DNA from: Variovorax sp.
Lineage (GTDB): Bacteria > Pseudomonadota > Gammaproteobacteria > Burkholderiales > Burkholderiaceae_C
NCBI GenBank assembly: GCA_028292285.1
Contig: JAQGMP010000137.1
Span: forward strand, 1 to 45,223
DNA length: 45,223 nt
Direction: 5' to 3'
Under the pieces are notes generated by a model. It was not told the origin of the DNA. It made no database searches and was given only the letters and a program-made list of their open reading frames with translations. Positions 1-9,561 of this stretch are shown here, piece by piece. Numbering within the stretch: the stretch's first letter is position 1; each line of letters opens with the position of its first letter. A program made the position numbers and the translations under genes.

Positions 1-1078
1 GGCTTACACCTCGGGCACCACCGGACCGTCCAAGGGCAGCATGCTGTCGCATGCGGCGGCGCTTACCTACGGCACGAGCGCAGCGGAGGCGCAGGGCTAT
101 CGCGCCACCGATGTGTTCTATGTCTGCTTGCCGCTCTTCCACAACAACGCGCTGCTCGCGGCCACCGGGGCGGCGCTGGTTTGCGGTGCGTCGGTGGTGC
201 TGTCGCGGCGCTTCTCGGTGTCGCGCTTCTGGGGAGAAATCCGCGATTCGCACGCAACCATCACCAACTTCCTCGGCGCAATGTCCAGCTTTCTGTGGAG
301 CAGTCCGCCGTCGCCCGACGATGCGAAAAACGATCTGCGCCTGGTGAGCATGGCGCCGACGCCCAGGTACGCTGCGCAGTTCGAACAGCGATTCGGGCTG
401 AAAGCCATGAACAACTATGGCCTGTCGGATTTCGGCATGGTCACGTCGTTTACCGCGCACGAGCCGGTCGGCAAGCTCGGTTCCATCGGCAAGCCGCGCC
501 GCGGTTTCCACGTGAAGATCGTCGACGAGGACGATTTCGAGTTAGCAGATGGCGAGGTCGGCGAGATGGTGCTGCAAAGCGACGAACCCTGGCGCGCCAC
601 CACCGGCTACTACAAGATGGCCGAGGCCACGCTGGCGGCCAACCGAAACCAGTGGTTTCACACCGGTGATCGCGGCATGCGCGATGCCGACGGCTACCTG
701 TGGTTTGTCGATCGCAAGAAAGATTGCATCCGCCGCCGCGGCGAGAACATCTCGGCCTTCGAGGTCGAGCAGATCATCGCGACGCATCCCGAAGTGGCCA
801 ACGCCGCAGTGTTTCCGGTCGCGACGCAGACCAACGACGAAGAAGTCGGCGCGGTAGTGGTGCGTCTGCCCGGTTCGTTCGTGAGCGAGCAGGATCTGGT
901 CGAACACTGCCAGCGCAACATGGCCTACTTCATGGTGCCGCGCTATATCCAGTTTCGCGAGGCGCTGCCCACCACGGTGAATCAGAAGGTCGAGAAGTTC
1001 AGGCTTCGGACCGAGCTCGAGCGCGACCTGTCGGCGGCTTGGGACCGCGAGGCGGCCGGGATGGTGCTGTCGCGCTAG
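1..1078 (+). CDS. ATP-dependent acyl-CoA ligase (DitJ/CaiC-like), 5' truncated by window edge
   Basis: Frame is open from nt 2 (AYTSGTTGPSKG P-loop). Contains YGLSD, WFHTGD, DRKKDCIRRRGENIS and terminal QKVEK motifs of ANL-family ligases. Confidence 0.93.
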   Translation, partial: AYTSGTTGPSKGSMLSHAAALTYGTSAAEAQGYRATDVFYVCLPLFHNNALLAATGAALVCGASVVLSRRFSVSRFWGEIRDSHATITNFLGAMSSFLWSSPPSPDDAKNDLRLVSMAPTPRYAAQFEQRFGLKAMNNYGLSDFGMVTSFTAHEPVGKLGSIGKPRRGFHVKIVDEDDFELADGEVGEMVLQSDEPWRATTGYYKMAEATLAANRNQWFHTGDRGMRDADGYLWFVDRKKDCIRRRGENISAFEVEQIIATHPEVANAAVFPVATQTNDEEVGAVVVRLPGSFVSEQDLVEHCQRNMAYFMVPRYIQFREALPTTVNQKVEKFRLRTELERDLSAAWDREAAGMVLSR

Positions 1079-1868
1079 CCGGCGATCCCGCCGACGCCAC
1101 CGACGCACGTACGCCGGGCGGCAGGCCACGTGCTTTCACCATGTAGCCCTGATGCAGTTTGGTCAGCGCCGAAGCCATTTCTTTCACCGCTTTTTCCGCG
1201 TCGCGCTTGCGCAGATGCCCGAGCAACCGTCGCCGCGACGGCAGTGTGTAGGTCTGGTCTTCGGTCGGGCCGATCGCCTTCACGAACTGGCGCGTGATTT
1301 CCATGATGCCCTCGGTGGTGGCCAGCAGGATCGGGTTGTGCGTGGCCTTGGCCAGCAGCACATGGAAAGCCTGGTGGTACTTGGTGCGCTCTTCGAAATT
1401 GCCGGCCTTGTCCATTTGCGCAGCCATCGCCACCGTGCGTTCGAGCGCCTCCATGTCCTCTTCGGTCAGGCGCTCGCACGCCATGCGGATCACGGCCGAA
1501 CTGACCGAGATGCGCGCCTCGGTCAGATGGTCGGGCGTGATGGCACCGAGGAAGTACAGGTCGCGCATTCCGTTGACCACGGCGTTGGAACTCCCGGGCA
1601 GCACGAAGGCGCCGCCGGCCGAGCCGAGCTTCAGTTCCAGCAGGCCGCTGAGCTCGAGTGCGCGCAGTGCCTCGCGCATGGTGTTTCGGCTCACGCCGAA
1701 CATCTGCGCCAGATTGCGCTCCGGCGGCAACTTGTCACCGGGCTTGAGCTTGCCTTCGGAGATGTTGCGCCGGAGCTGGCTGGCGACTTCCTGGTAGATG
1801 CGCTGTGGGCTGATCGGCTCGATGCCGAAGGAGGAGGGGGTCTGGCCGGGTGCTTTCATGGCTGCCAT
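999..1868 (-). CDS. GntR/FadR-family transcriptional regulator (wHTH + FCD)
   Basis: LKPGDKLPPERNLAQMFGVSRNTMREAL wHTH; FCD with FH..L..ATHNP; AAGGAGG SD upstream. The 3' tail overlaps the ligase. Confidence 0.93.
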   Translation of the reverse strand: MAAMKAPGQTPSSFGIEPISPQRIYQEVASQLRRNISEGKLKPGDKLPPERNLAQMFGVSRNTMREALRALELSGLLELKLGSAGGAFVLPGSSNAVVNGMRDLYFLGAITPDHLTEARISVSSAVIRMACERLTEEDMEALERTVAMAAQMDKAGNFEERTKYHQAFHVLLAKATHNPILLATTEGIMEITRQFVKAIGPTEDQTYTLPSRRRLLGHLRKRDAEKAVKEMASALTKLHQGYMVKARGLPPGVRASVASAGSPASATAPSRPPRGPKPPTGRARARSEA

Positions 1869-1913
1869 GTTAGTGAGGGTTCCTCCTTATGCGCCCGACC
1901 GCAGAAATGCGAG

Positions 1914-1928
1914 AATGGTTAGACCAAT
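1914..1928. promoter_or_regulatory. Putative FadR/GntR operator AATGGTTAGACCAAT
   Basis: TGGT-N3-ACCA palindrome between divergent gntR and livH; the motif recurs in six other promoter positions. Confidence 0.75.
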
Positions 1929-1942
1929 GATAGATTAGAACA

Positions 1943-2809
1943 ATGCTTGACGCCATCCTGTCCCAGACCGTGAACGGCCTCGTGCTCGGCTTTCTTTTCG
2001 TGCTGATCTCGATCGGCCTGTCGATCGTGTTCGGGCTGCTTGGCATCGTGAACGTGGCGCACGGCGCCTTCTTCGCGCTGGGCGCCTATTTCGCGCTGAC
2101 CCTTCAGCAGCAGTTCGGCTGGTGGTCCGTCGTCCTGGCACCGATCGGCGTGGGCATCGTCGGCATCGTTGTCGAGCGCGTGCTCGTGCGCCGGCTCTAC
2201 GGCAAGGACCCGCTGATGACGCTGGTGCTGACCTTTGCGCTCTCCTTGTTCATTGAAGCGTTGATCCGCACCATCTGGGGTTCGAGCGCGCAACCGTTGA
2301 CGCCACCGGCCGTGCTGTCGGGCTTCATCGAGTACGGCCCCATTCTCACCACCACGTACCGGCTAGCCGTGCTCGGCATCACCGTAGCGATTCTGTTTGC
2401 GCTCTGGACCTTTTTGTCGTTCACGCCTTACGGCCGAATCTTGCGCGCGGGCAGCCGCGATCCTCAGATGGTCGGCATGCTCGGCATCAACCTTCCGCTG
2501 GTGCTCACCGGCGCTTTTGGCGTCGGATGCATGCTGGCCGGCGCCGGTGGCGTGCTGGCCGCGCCGCTCTGGTCGGTCACCCCGGGCATGTCCGCGCAGG
2601 CCATCATGCCGGCCTTCGTGATCGTCACCATCGGTGGACTTGGTTCTTACGGCGGCGCGGTGGTGGCGGGGCTGCTGGTCGGCCTCGTCACGGCCATGAC
2701 GACACAGTTCTACCCGCAGGCCGCGGGAGTGGCCATGTACCTGCTCATGGTCTTCATCCTGCTGGTGCGCCCGCGCGGGTTGTTCGGCGAACACTGGGAA
2801 CACTTCTGA
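1943..2809 (+). CDS. livH: Branched-chain amino acid-type ABC transporter permease (LivH-like)
   Basis: IGLSIVFGLLGIVNVAHG motif, TPYGRILRA loop, IGGLGSYGGAVVAG; hydrophobic throughout. Confidence 0.9.
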   Translation: MLDAILSQTVNGLVLGFLFVLISIGLSIVFGLLGIVNVAHGAFFALGAYFALTLQQQFGWWSVVLAPIGVGIVGIVVERVLVRRLYGKDPLMTLVLTFALSLFIEALIRTIWGSSAQPLTPPAVLSGFIEYGPILTTTYRLAVLGITVAILFALWTFLSFTPYGRILRAGSRDPQMVGMLGINLPLVLTGAFGVGCMLAGAGGVLAAPLWSVTPGMSAQAIMPAFVIVTIGGLGSYGGAVVAGLLVGLVTAMTTQFYPQAAGVAMYLLMVFILLVRPRGLFGEHWEHF

Positions 2810-5382
2810 TGAAAGCGCTGTGCAAGCATCCGGTCGCGCAGGCGGCGGCGCTTTTGCTGTTGATGAGCCTGCTGACGCTCGTAACGCATCTGCCGCTCGG
2901 CCGCGTGACGCAGATCGCCATCTACGTGCTGTATGCAGCCGGCATCGGCCTGCTGGTCGGCTATCTCGGGCTGGTGCCTTTCGGTGGCTCGGTGTTCTTC
3001 GGCCTCGCGAGTTACGCGGCGGCGCTGTCGTTGCTGCATTGGTTCGGCAACATCAACGAGTTCGCGGGTCTGGCCTTTTCGGTGATCTTCACCACCCTCG
3101 TGGCCCTGCCGGTGGGCGCGCTCATCCTCCGGCGCAAGGGCCTGTACTTTTCGCTGTTGAGCCTGGCCTGCACGCAGATCTGTTTCGAGATCGCCTACAA
3201 GTGGACCGACCTCACGGGTGGCGAAAACGGCCTCCAGCGTGTGCCCCGCCCAATCCTCGATTCGGCCATCGCGTTTCACGTCTTCGTCGTGCTGCTGGTC
3301 CTCGGCACACTGTGGCTCATGTGGAGGCTGGTGCATTCGCCCCTCGGGCGCCTCTTTCAGGCGATCCGCGACAACGAGCAGCGCGCCGCGAGCCTGGGCT
3401 ACGACGTCTACCGCGTCAAGCTCGCCGGGTTTGCGCTGTCGGCAGCCATCACCGGGCTGGCAGGCGGAATGCTTGCGCTCTTCATGCGCGGTGTCTATGC
3501 CAACCCCCTGAGCTGGGAGCATGCCGCCGATCCGCTGCTCATGACGGTGTTGGGTGGCATGCATCATTTCGTCGGTGCGATGTGGGGCGCGGTCCTGTTC
3601 ATCGTGCTCGAAGACCAGCTCGGCGCGCTGCTGAACAACTGGTGGCTGGTGTTCGCGCCGATCCTTATCCTGGTCGCGCTGCTGGCGCCCGAAGGTATTC
3701 ACGGGCTGATACGCCGGGCCTTCGGTGGCAAGGGCTGGACGCTGGTTCGCAACGGCATCCCCGAACGACCCGCGCACATCGTGCCCTATGCGCCCGGCAC
3801 GGTGGCTGTCGCGATGGCCGGTACCGCCGGCGAACCGCTGCTGACCGTACGCGGCCTTAGCAAGAAGTTCGGTTCGCTCGCGGTGGCTTCGGGCTACGAC
3901 TTCGATGTGCACCAGGGCACGCTGCACAGCTTCATCGGGCCCAACGGCGCGGGCAAGACCACCTTCTTCAACATGCTGAGCGGCGTGATCGCCCCCGACG
4001 CCGGCGTGGTTCGCTTTCTGGGCCAGGACATCACGCGGCTGCCGATGCACAAACGCATCCGGCTGGGTCTGGCGCGCTCTTTCCAGATCGTCAGCGTGTT
4101 CACCAACCTCACGGCTTTCGAGAACGTGCGCGTTGCGGTGCAAGCCACGCTGCCCGGTGCACATGATTTCTGGCGCGATGCGCATGCTTCACCCGCCGCC
4201 AACGAGCGAACCTGGTCGATCCTCGATGCCGTCGGCCTGGCCGACAAGGCGGGCGAGCTGTGCACCGACCTGTCGCACGGCGAGCGACGGTTGCTCGAGA
4301 TCGGCATCACGCTGGCGACGCAGGCCCAGCTGTTGTTGCTCGACGAGCCGCTCGCCGGGCTGGGCGAAGCCGACCGTGTCCGCGTGGCCAAGCTGATTCG
4401 GGCGCTGGCGCGCTCGCACGCCGTGGTGCTGATCGAGCACGACATCGACCGCGTGCTGGCGCTGTCGGACCGCATCACGGTGCTGCATCAGGGTCGCCTG
4501 ATCGCAGATGGCAAGCCGGCCGAGGTGGCGGCCAACCCGGAGGTCGTGCGCGCCTACCTCGGCGCGCCGCCCGCCGGCCTGCTGGCCGTAGCGTCGCAAC
4601 GCGTCGAGCGCACCGCGTCGCGCATCGTGCTCGACGCGCGCGGGCTCGCAGCGGGCTACGGCGGTGGGCGCATCCTCGACGGCATCGACCTGCAGATTCG
4701 CGATGGCGAAGCGGTTGCGCTGCTCGGGCGCAATGGCGTCGGCAAGACCACGCTGCTGCGCGCGCTCTACGGCATGCTGCCCGTGGACGAAGGCAGCATT
4801 CAGTGGAACGGCAATGCGATCGAGCGGCTGCGACCCTTCGAGATCAACCGGCTCGGCATCGCGATGGTGCCCGAGGGCCGGCGGCTGTTCCCGAACCTCA
4901 CGGTGCTCGACAACCTGCTCATCGCCGTCCGCAAAGGCGGCATGCCGATGCATGAAGTTTTCGAGTTGTTCCCGCGCCTGAAGACCATTCAAAAGTCGCG
5001 CGCCGAGAACATTTCCGGTGGCGAGCGGCAGATGGTGGCGATTGCACGCGCGCTCGTTGCGCCCAGTCGGCTGATCCTGCTCGACGAGCCGTTCGAAGGC
5101 TTGGCCCCCGCGGTGGTCAACGAGGTGATGGCCGCCATCCTCAAGCTGCGCGGCCGCGTCGCCATGGTGCTGGTGGAACACCACGCCGAGCAGGTGCTGG
5201 CCATCGTCGATCGCGCCGTGGTGCTGGTCAATGGCCGGGTCGCCTACGAAGGCGGCGCTGCAGAACTCGCGCATGACGCGGCGCTGCAGGCGCGGCTGCT
5301 CGGCCTGGTCGATCCTCATCAACGCAGCGAATTGTCGCCTGCCGTCCCTGCTGCCGCGGCCGATGCTTCGGCGCTCATCTGA
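2809..5382 (+). CDS. Fused ABC transporter permease + two ATPases (LivM-LivG-LivF fusion), 857 aa
   Basis: ATG at 2809 overlaps the livH stop (TGATG). LivM region (GLYFSLLSLA, LTGGENG, AIRDNEQRA) is followed by two NBDs (GPNGAGKTT/LLLLDEP and GRNGVGKTT/ISGGERQ/LILLDEP) with no stop. Confidence 0.9.
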   Translation: MKALCKHPVAQAAALLLLMSLLTLVTHLPLGRVTQIAIYVLYAAGIGLLVGYLGLVPFGGSVFFGLASYAAALSLLHWFGNINEFAGLAFSVIFTTLVALPVGALILRRKGLYFSLLSLACTQICFEIAYKWTDLTGGENGLQRVPRPILDSAIAFHVFVVLLVLGTLWLMWRLVHSPLGRLFQAIRDNEQRAASLGYDVYRVKLAGFALSAAITGLAGGMLALFMRGVYANPLSWEHAADPLLMTVLGGMHHFVGAMWGAVLFIVLEDQLGALLNNWWLVFAPILILVALLAPEGIHGLIRRAFGGKGWTLVRNGIPERPAHIVPYAPGTVAVAMAGTAGEPLLTVRGLSKKFGSLAVASGYDFDVHQGTLHSFIGPNGAGKTTFFNMLSGVIAPDAGVVRFLGQDITRLPMHKRIRLGLARSFQIVSVFTNLTAFENVRVAVQATLPGAHDFWRDAHASPAANERTWSILDAVGLADKAGELCTDLSHGERRLLEIGITLATQAQLLLLDEPLAGLGEADRVRVAKLIRALARSHAVVLIEHDIDRVLALSDRITVLHQGRLIADGKPAEVAANPEVVRAYLGAPPAGLLAVASQRVERTASRIVLDARGLAAGYGGGRILDGIDLQIRDGEAVALLGRNGVGKTTLLRALYGMLPVDEGSIQWNGNAIERLRPFEINRLGIAMVPEGRRLFPNLTVLDNLLIAVRKGGMPMHEVFELFPRLKTIQKSRAENISGGERQMVAIARALVAPSRLILLDEPFEGLAPAVVNEVMAAILKLRGRVAMVLVEHHAEQVLAIVDRAVVLVNGRVAYEGGAAELAHDAALQARLLGLVDPHQRSELSPAVPAAAADASALI

Positions 5383-5410
5383 CACATCACAACCAGCCAG
5401 GAGACAAGCC

Positions 5411-6643
5411 GTGCACAGCCGAATTTCATCCCTCGATTTTCCCAACCGACGACACGTGCTTCGCACCGCAGGCGCCGGTGTCGTCGCGCTGGGCCTACCC
5501 GCGCTGGTGCTCGCCCAGGGCGATGCACCCATCAAGATCGGCAGCCTGTTGCCGCGACAAGGCCCGTTCGCGCTGCAAGGCGAAGCCACTTCGCTCGGCA
5601 TCAAGGTAGCGCTGGACCAGGTTGGCAACAAGGTTCTCGGCCGCCCGATCCAGCTCGTCGCGTACGACGAGCCCAACCCGCTCGGTGCGCAGCAGAACAT
5701 GCAGAAGCTGATCCAGGAGGACAAGGTTGCAGCGGTGATCGGCGGCAGCAACAGCGCAGCCGGCCTGGCCATCGCGTCGGTTGCATCGCAATCCAGGACG
5801 CCGACCATCATCAGCGCGGCGCTGGCTCGCGAGATCACCGGAAAGAACTGCAACCGCTACGTGTTCCGCAACAACGCGCCGCCGCCGGTTTACGCCAAGC
5901 TGCTGGCGCGGCAGATGCTTCCCGTGGGCAAGAGGTGGTACTTCCTGGTTGGCGCCTATGCCTATGGCCAGGAGGCTTACCAGATGCTCAAAGCCGAGCT
6001 GACGGCAGCCGGCGGAACAGACCTTGGAATGGATGCCGCTGCGGTCGGCACCACCGACTTCAGTTCCATCATCCTGAAGATCCGCCAAGCCAAGCCAGAC
6101 GTGGTGATGCTCGGCATTTCCGGCACCGACCTTGCGGCCTTCCTGAAGCAATACAACGAGTTCGGCTTGCGCGGCAAGATCCCGCTCGGCAGCCTCACGG
6201 TGGCCGACGAGGAGCTGTGGTCGCAGACCGGCATCTCGGGCGTGATGGGCAAGTACTGGCACTTCAATAACCCGGCCAACGGACCCGCCGAGAAGGCGCT
6301 CAACGAGGCCGTATTGAAGGAAACCAAGCATCCGGCATCGGCGAGCTGTGCGCAGGGCTGGGTCTGCACGCGCATGCTGCTGGCAGCGATCGAAAAGGAG
6401 AAGTCGGTCGATCCTGCCGCCATCGTGCGGGGCCTGGAGACCGTGCGGCCCGAGGGCGTGCCCGGCTACTACCGCGAGTGGGACCACCAGTTCATCACTC
6501 GGCTGGTCATGGCACAGGTGCGCGACACCATCACCGACAAGTACGACCCGGTGACCGTGCTCAACGCCTCGATGAAGATGAGCGATTTCGAAACGCTCTA
6601 CGGAACAAGGGAAGAGATCGGATGCACGATGGGACCGATCTGA
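5411..6643 (+). CDS. ABC transporter substrate-binding protein (Liv/PBP1 type), probable Tat signal
   Basis: AGGAG SD then GTG at 5411; NRRHVL twin-arginine-like signal; PIKIG, GRPIQLVAYD and TDFSSIILKIRQAKPD motifs. Confidence 0.88.
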   Translation: MHSRISSLDFPNRRHVLRTAGAGVVALGLPALVLAQGDAPIKIGSLLPRQGPFALQGEATSLGIKVALDQVGNKVLGRPIQLVAYDEPNPLGAQQNMQKLIQEDKVAAVIGGSNSAAGLAIASVASQSRTPTIISAALAREITGKNCNRYVFRNNAPPPVYAKLLARQMLPVGKRWYFLVGAYAYGQEAYQMLKAELTAAGGTDLGMDAAAVGTTDFSSIILKIRQAKPDVVMLGISGTDLAAFLKQYNEFGLRGKIPLGSLTVADEELWSQTGISGVMGKYWHFNNPANGPAEKALNEAVLKETKHPASASCAQGWVCTRMLLAAIEKEKSVDPAAIVRGLETVRPEGVPGYYREWDHQFITRLVMAQVRDTITDKYDPVTVLNASMKMSDFETLYGTREEIGCTMGPI

Positions 6644-6665
6644 CACGACCGCTGAAGGACCGCAA

Positions 6666-7472
6666 ATGAAGCTGCAAGGACAGGTCGCCATCGTCACCGG
6701 CGCGGCGCGCGGACTCGGGCGAGCCTATGCGCTGCGCCTGGCTTCGTTGGGCGCCAATGTGATCGTTGCAGACATCGACCTCGCGTCGGCACGTGAGTTC
6801 GATGAGGCGCTTTCGGCAGCCACCGTCTCCGACGAGATCCGGGCGCTCGGCCGGCGCAGCTTGGGCGTGCAAGGCGACCTGACGAAACGCGACGCTGCGC
6901 GTGCGCTGGTCGCCGCCGCGCTGGCCGAGTTCGGCCGCATCGACATCCTGGTCAACAACGCGGGCGGCGCCTTTACGCCGGTGGAGCGCAGCACTGCGTC
7001 ATTGGTGCCCGATGAGGACAGCGCGCTGATGTTCGGCGTCAACTACATGTCGGCGCTGTACTGCTGCCAGGAAGTCGCTCCGACGATGCGCGCACAAGGT
7101 TCGGGTGTGATCGTCAACATCGCGACGATGGCCGCGCTCGACGCGTCGCGCAGCGCCGGACGGCTGGTGCCCTATGCGGTTGCCAAAGGCGCCGTACTGC
7201 AGTACACGCGCTACCTGGCAACCGAGCTGGGGCCCGATGGCATCCGCGTCAACTGCCTGTCGCCGGGGCCGATGCTCACTGCGCGCATCCGCAAGCAGGC
7301 CGCCGAACGCGGCATGCACAACGACAAGGAAGTTCGGCGCATTCCGCTGCGCCGCTTCGGCGAGGTCGAGGACTGCGCCAACGTCCTTGAGTTCCTCGTT
7401 ACGCCGCTGTCGGGTTACGTGACCGGGCAGTGCATCTCGGTGTGCGGCGGGTCGGTGCTGACACCGTCTTGA
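6666..7472 (+). CDS. Short-chain dehydrogenase/reductase (SDR)
   Basis: TGAARGLG, NNAG, YAVAK catalytic motif, IRVNCLSPG. Confidence 0.93.
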   Translation: MKLQGQVAIVTGAARGLGRAYALRLASLGANVIVADIDLASAREFDEALSAATVSDEIRALGRRSLGVQGDLTKRDAARALVAAALAEFGRIDILVNNAGGAFTPVERSTASLVPDEDSALMFGVNYMSALYCCQEVAPTMRAQGSGVIVNIATMAALDASRSAGRLVPYAVAKGAVLQYTRYLATELGPDGIRVNCLSPGPMLTARIRKQAAERGMHNDKEVRRIPLRRFGEVEDCANVLEFLVTPLSGYVTGQCISVCGGSVLTPS

Positions 7473-7508
7473 TCGCCGTCGCGATCCCACTTAATACCGG
7501 TGAGAACC

Positions 7509-8759
7509 ATGCCCGCATCAGCTTCCCCCGCTACGCAGGAAGGCCCGCTGGCCGGCCTGCGCGTCATCGACTTCACGCATTTCCTGGCCGGCCCGGTTGC
7601 CACCATGATCCTGGCCGACGGCGGGGCCGAGGTCATCAAGATCGAGGACGCGGCGCGTGGCGACGCGTTTCGCCACTTCCTGCCACCGGACGAACGGCTG
7701 GGCGGCGAGGGAGTGCCTTTTCTCTGGTGCAACCGCAACAAGAAGAGTGTGGCGCTCGATCTCAAGAGCGATGCGGGACGCGAGATCGCGCTGGCGCTGG
7801 TGAAGGACGCCGATGTCGTGGTCGAGAACTTCTCGGGCAAGGTGATGGCACGGCTCGGGCTCGGTTGGGAGACGCTGTCGGCGCTCAACCCGCGGCTCAT
7901 CTACTGCGCAATCTCGGCCTACGGCCGCGAGGGCGAATTCGCCGACCGGCTCGGCTTCGATCCGGTGACCCAGGCCGAGAGCGGCTTCATGTCGCTCAAC
8001 GGCTACGCAGATCGCGACGGCGTGCGCACCGGCTCGTCGGTGATGGACATTTCGACCGGCATGATGGCGAGCAATGCGGTGCTGTCGGCGGTAATCGCGC
8101 GCAGCCGCACCGGCCGCGGTCAGCGCGTGGAAGTGGCTCTGTACGACACGGCCATCACGATGACCGGCTATGTCACGCTGCAGAATTTGTTCAACGACTG
8201 GCAACCCCGGCGTGTCGGCAACGGCAGTGCGGACACCGTGCCGACCGGCGTGTTCCAGGCATCCGATGGACCCTTTTTCATGGTGTGCGCGAGCACGGTG
8301 ATCTTCCAGCGCGTGTTCCGCGACGTGGCCGGCAGGTCCGACATCGCCGACGACGACGAACTGAAGCGTCCCGCCGGACGCATGGCACAGCAGCAGCGCC
8401 TGATCGACATCCTGAGCGAGCTCTTTGCCTCCGATACGCGGGCGAACTGGCTCGTGCGACTTCAGCAAGCGGGCGTGCCCGCGGGCGCGGTACGCACCGT
8501 CGCCGAGGCATTGCGTTCGCCCGAGACCAAGGCGCGCGGCCTGGTGACGCAGCTGCCGCATCCGACGGCCGGTACCGTACCCAACGTTGCATTTCCGATG
8601 CGGTTCATGGGCACGCCGGCGCCTTTGCCGGTCGCTGCGCCGACGCTCGGTCAGCACACGCGAGACGTACTGCGCGAGCTGCTCGGCTACGACGAAGACA
8701 GGTTGGACGAAGCGTCGCGTGCCGGCGCGTTCGGCGGTTCGGCTGAACTCAGGTCGTAG
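7509..8759 (+). CDS. Family III CoA-transferase (CaiB/BaiF)
   Basis: GPLAGLRVIDFT, AEVIKIE, NRNKKSVALDLK, DVVVENF, SVMDISTG (catalytic Asp region), APTLGQHT. Confidence 0.93.
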   Translation: MPASASPATQEGPLAGLRVIDFTHFLAGPVATMILADGGAEVIKIEDAARGDAFRHFLPPDERLGGEGVPFLWCNRNKKSVALDLKSDAGREIALALVKDADVVVENFSGKVMARLGLGWETLSALNPRLIYCAISAYGREGEFADRLGFDPVTQAESGFMSLNGYADRDGVRTGSSVMDISTGMMASNAVLSAVIARSRTGRGQRVEVALYDTAITMTGYVTLQNLFNDWQPRRVGNGSADTVPTGVFQASDGPFFMVCASTVIFQRVFRDVAGRSDIADDDELKRPAGRMAQQQRLIDILSELFASDTRANWLVRLQQAGVPAGAVRTVAEALRSPETKARGLVTQLPHPTAGTVPNVAFPMRFMGTPAPLPVAAPTLGQHTRDVLRELLGYDEDRLDEASRAGAFGGSAELRS

Positions 8760-9541
8760 ATTGCCGACCGCGCGGCCATGCCGCCCTCGGCATAGACGGT
8801 TTGTCCGTTGACGTGCGCGCTGAGTTCACTGGCCAGAAACAAGATCACCGAAGCGATCTGCGGCGGCGTGCCGATGCGCCCGAGCGGATAGCGTGAGCCG
8901 GCATTGCGGATCATGGCTTCGCTCAGGTTGCCGCGCACCCGCGGCGTCGACACCAGGCCCGGCGCGACCGAGTTGATGCGCACGCCCACACTGCCGTACT
9001 CGAAGGCAGCGGCTTTGACGAACTGCTGGAGCGCGGCCTTGCTGGCACCGTAGGCGGCCCGGTTCGACGTGACGGCGATGCCTGCGGTCGATCCGACGAA
9101 CACCATGGCGCCGCCACCGCTTTGGCCGATCAGCGGTGCCACGATCTGCGTGGAAAGAAAAACGTGCTTTAGGCTGACGTCGAACTGCCATTGCCAGTCG
9201 GCATCGTCGAACTGGGCAATCGGCTTGATGCGGGGCATGCCCAGGATGTCGACCAAGCCGTCGATGCGTCCGAACTTCTGCATGACCTCGTCGGCAATGC
9301 GCTGCATGTCGGCACGCTCGGTGGCGTCGCCGGTGATGGCCACGCCGCCGATCTCCGCTGCAACGGCCTCGGTCGGCTCCGCGCGACGGCCCACGCACAC
9401 GACCTCGGCGCCCGCCTGCGACAGCGCGTGCGCGGCCTGGCGGCCGATGCCCTGGCCCGCGCCGAGCACGATGAAGACCTTGTCGTCCAGGCGCAGCAGC
9501 CCGGTGTAATCGGGCACGGGAGTGTCATCGGCTTTGGTCAT
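8687..9541 (-). CDS. Short-chain dehydrogenase/reductase (SDR)
   Basis: Start MTKADD at 9541; GAGQGIG, YGASK, VRINSVAPG. Its 3' end overlaps the convergent CoA-transferase. Confidence 0.88.
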   Translation of the reverse strand: MTKADDTPVPDYTGLLRLDDKVFIVLGAGQGIGRQAAHALSQAGAEVVCVGRRAEPTEAVAAEIGGVAITGDATERADMQRIADEVMQKFGRIDGLVDILGMPRIKPIAQFDDADWQWQFDVSLKHVFLSTQIVAPLIGQSGGGAMVFVGSTAGIAVTSNRAAYGASKAALQQFVKAAAFEYGSVGVRINSVAPGLVSTPRVRGNLSEAMIRNAGSRYPLGRIGTPPQIASVILFLASELSAHVNGQTVYAEGGMAARSAIYDLSSAEPPNAPARDASSNLSSS

Positions 9542-9561
9542 CGGCGTCTTTCTTGGGTTGT

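Noticed and set aside
2527-2808. N-terminal extensions in the ORF track (e.g. 2527, 5231, 10099, 18352, 24038, 25147, 36023, 37477)
   Set aside because: They overlap upstream genes and are Arg/Gly-rich nonsense; true starts were set by SD sites, stop/start coupling and domain boundaries.
2710-5853. Long antisense ORFs (e.g. 2710-4185, 4189-5853, also 9553-11238, 30725-32548, 37945-39276)
   Set aside because: They are shadow frames opposite well-supported genes, expected from high-GC codon bias, and have no recognisable motifs.
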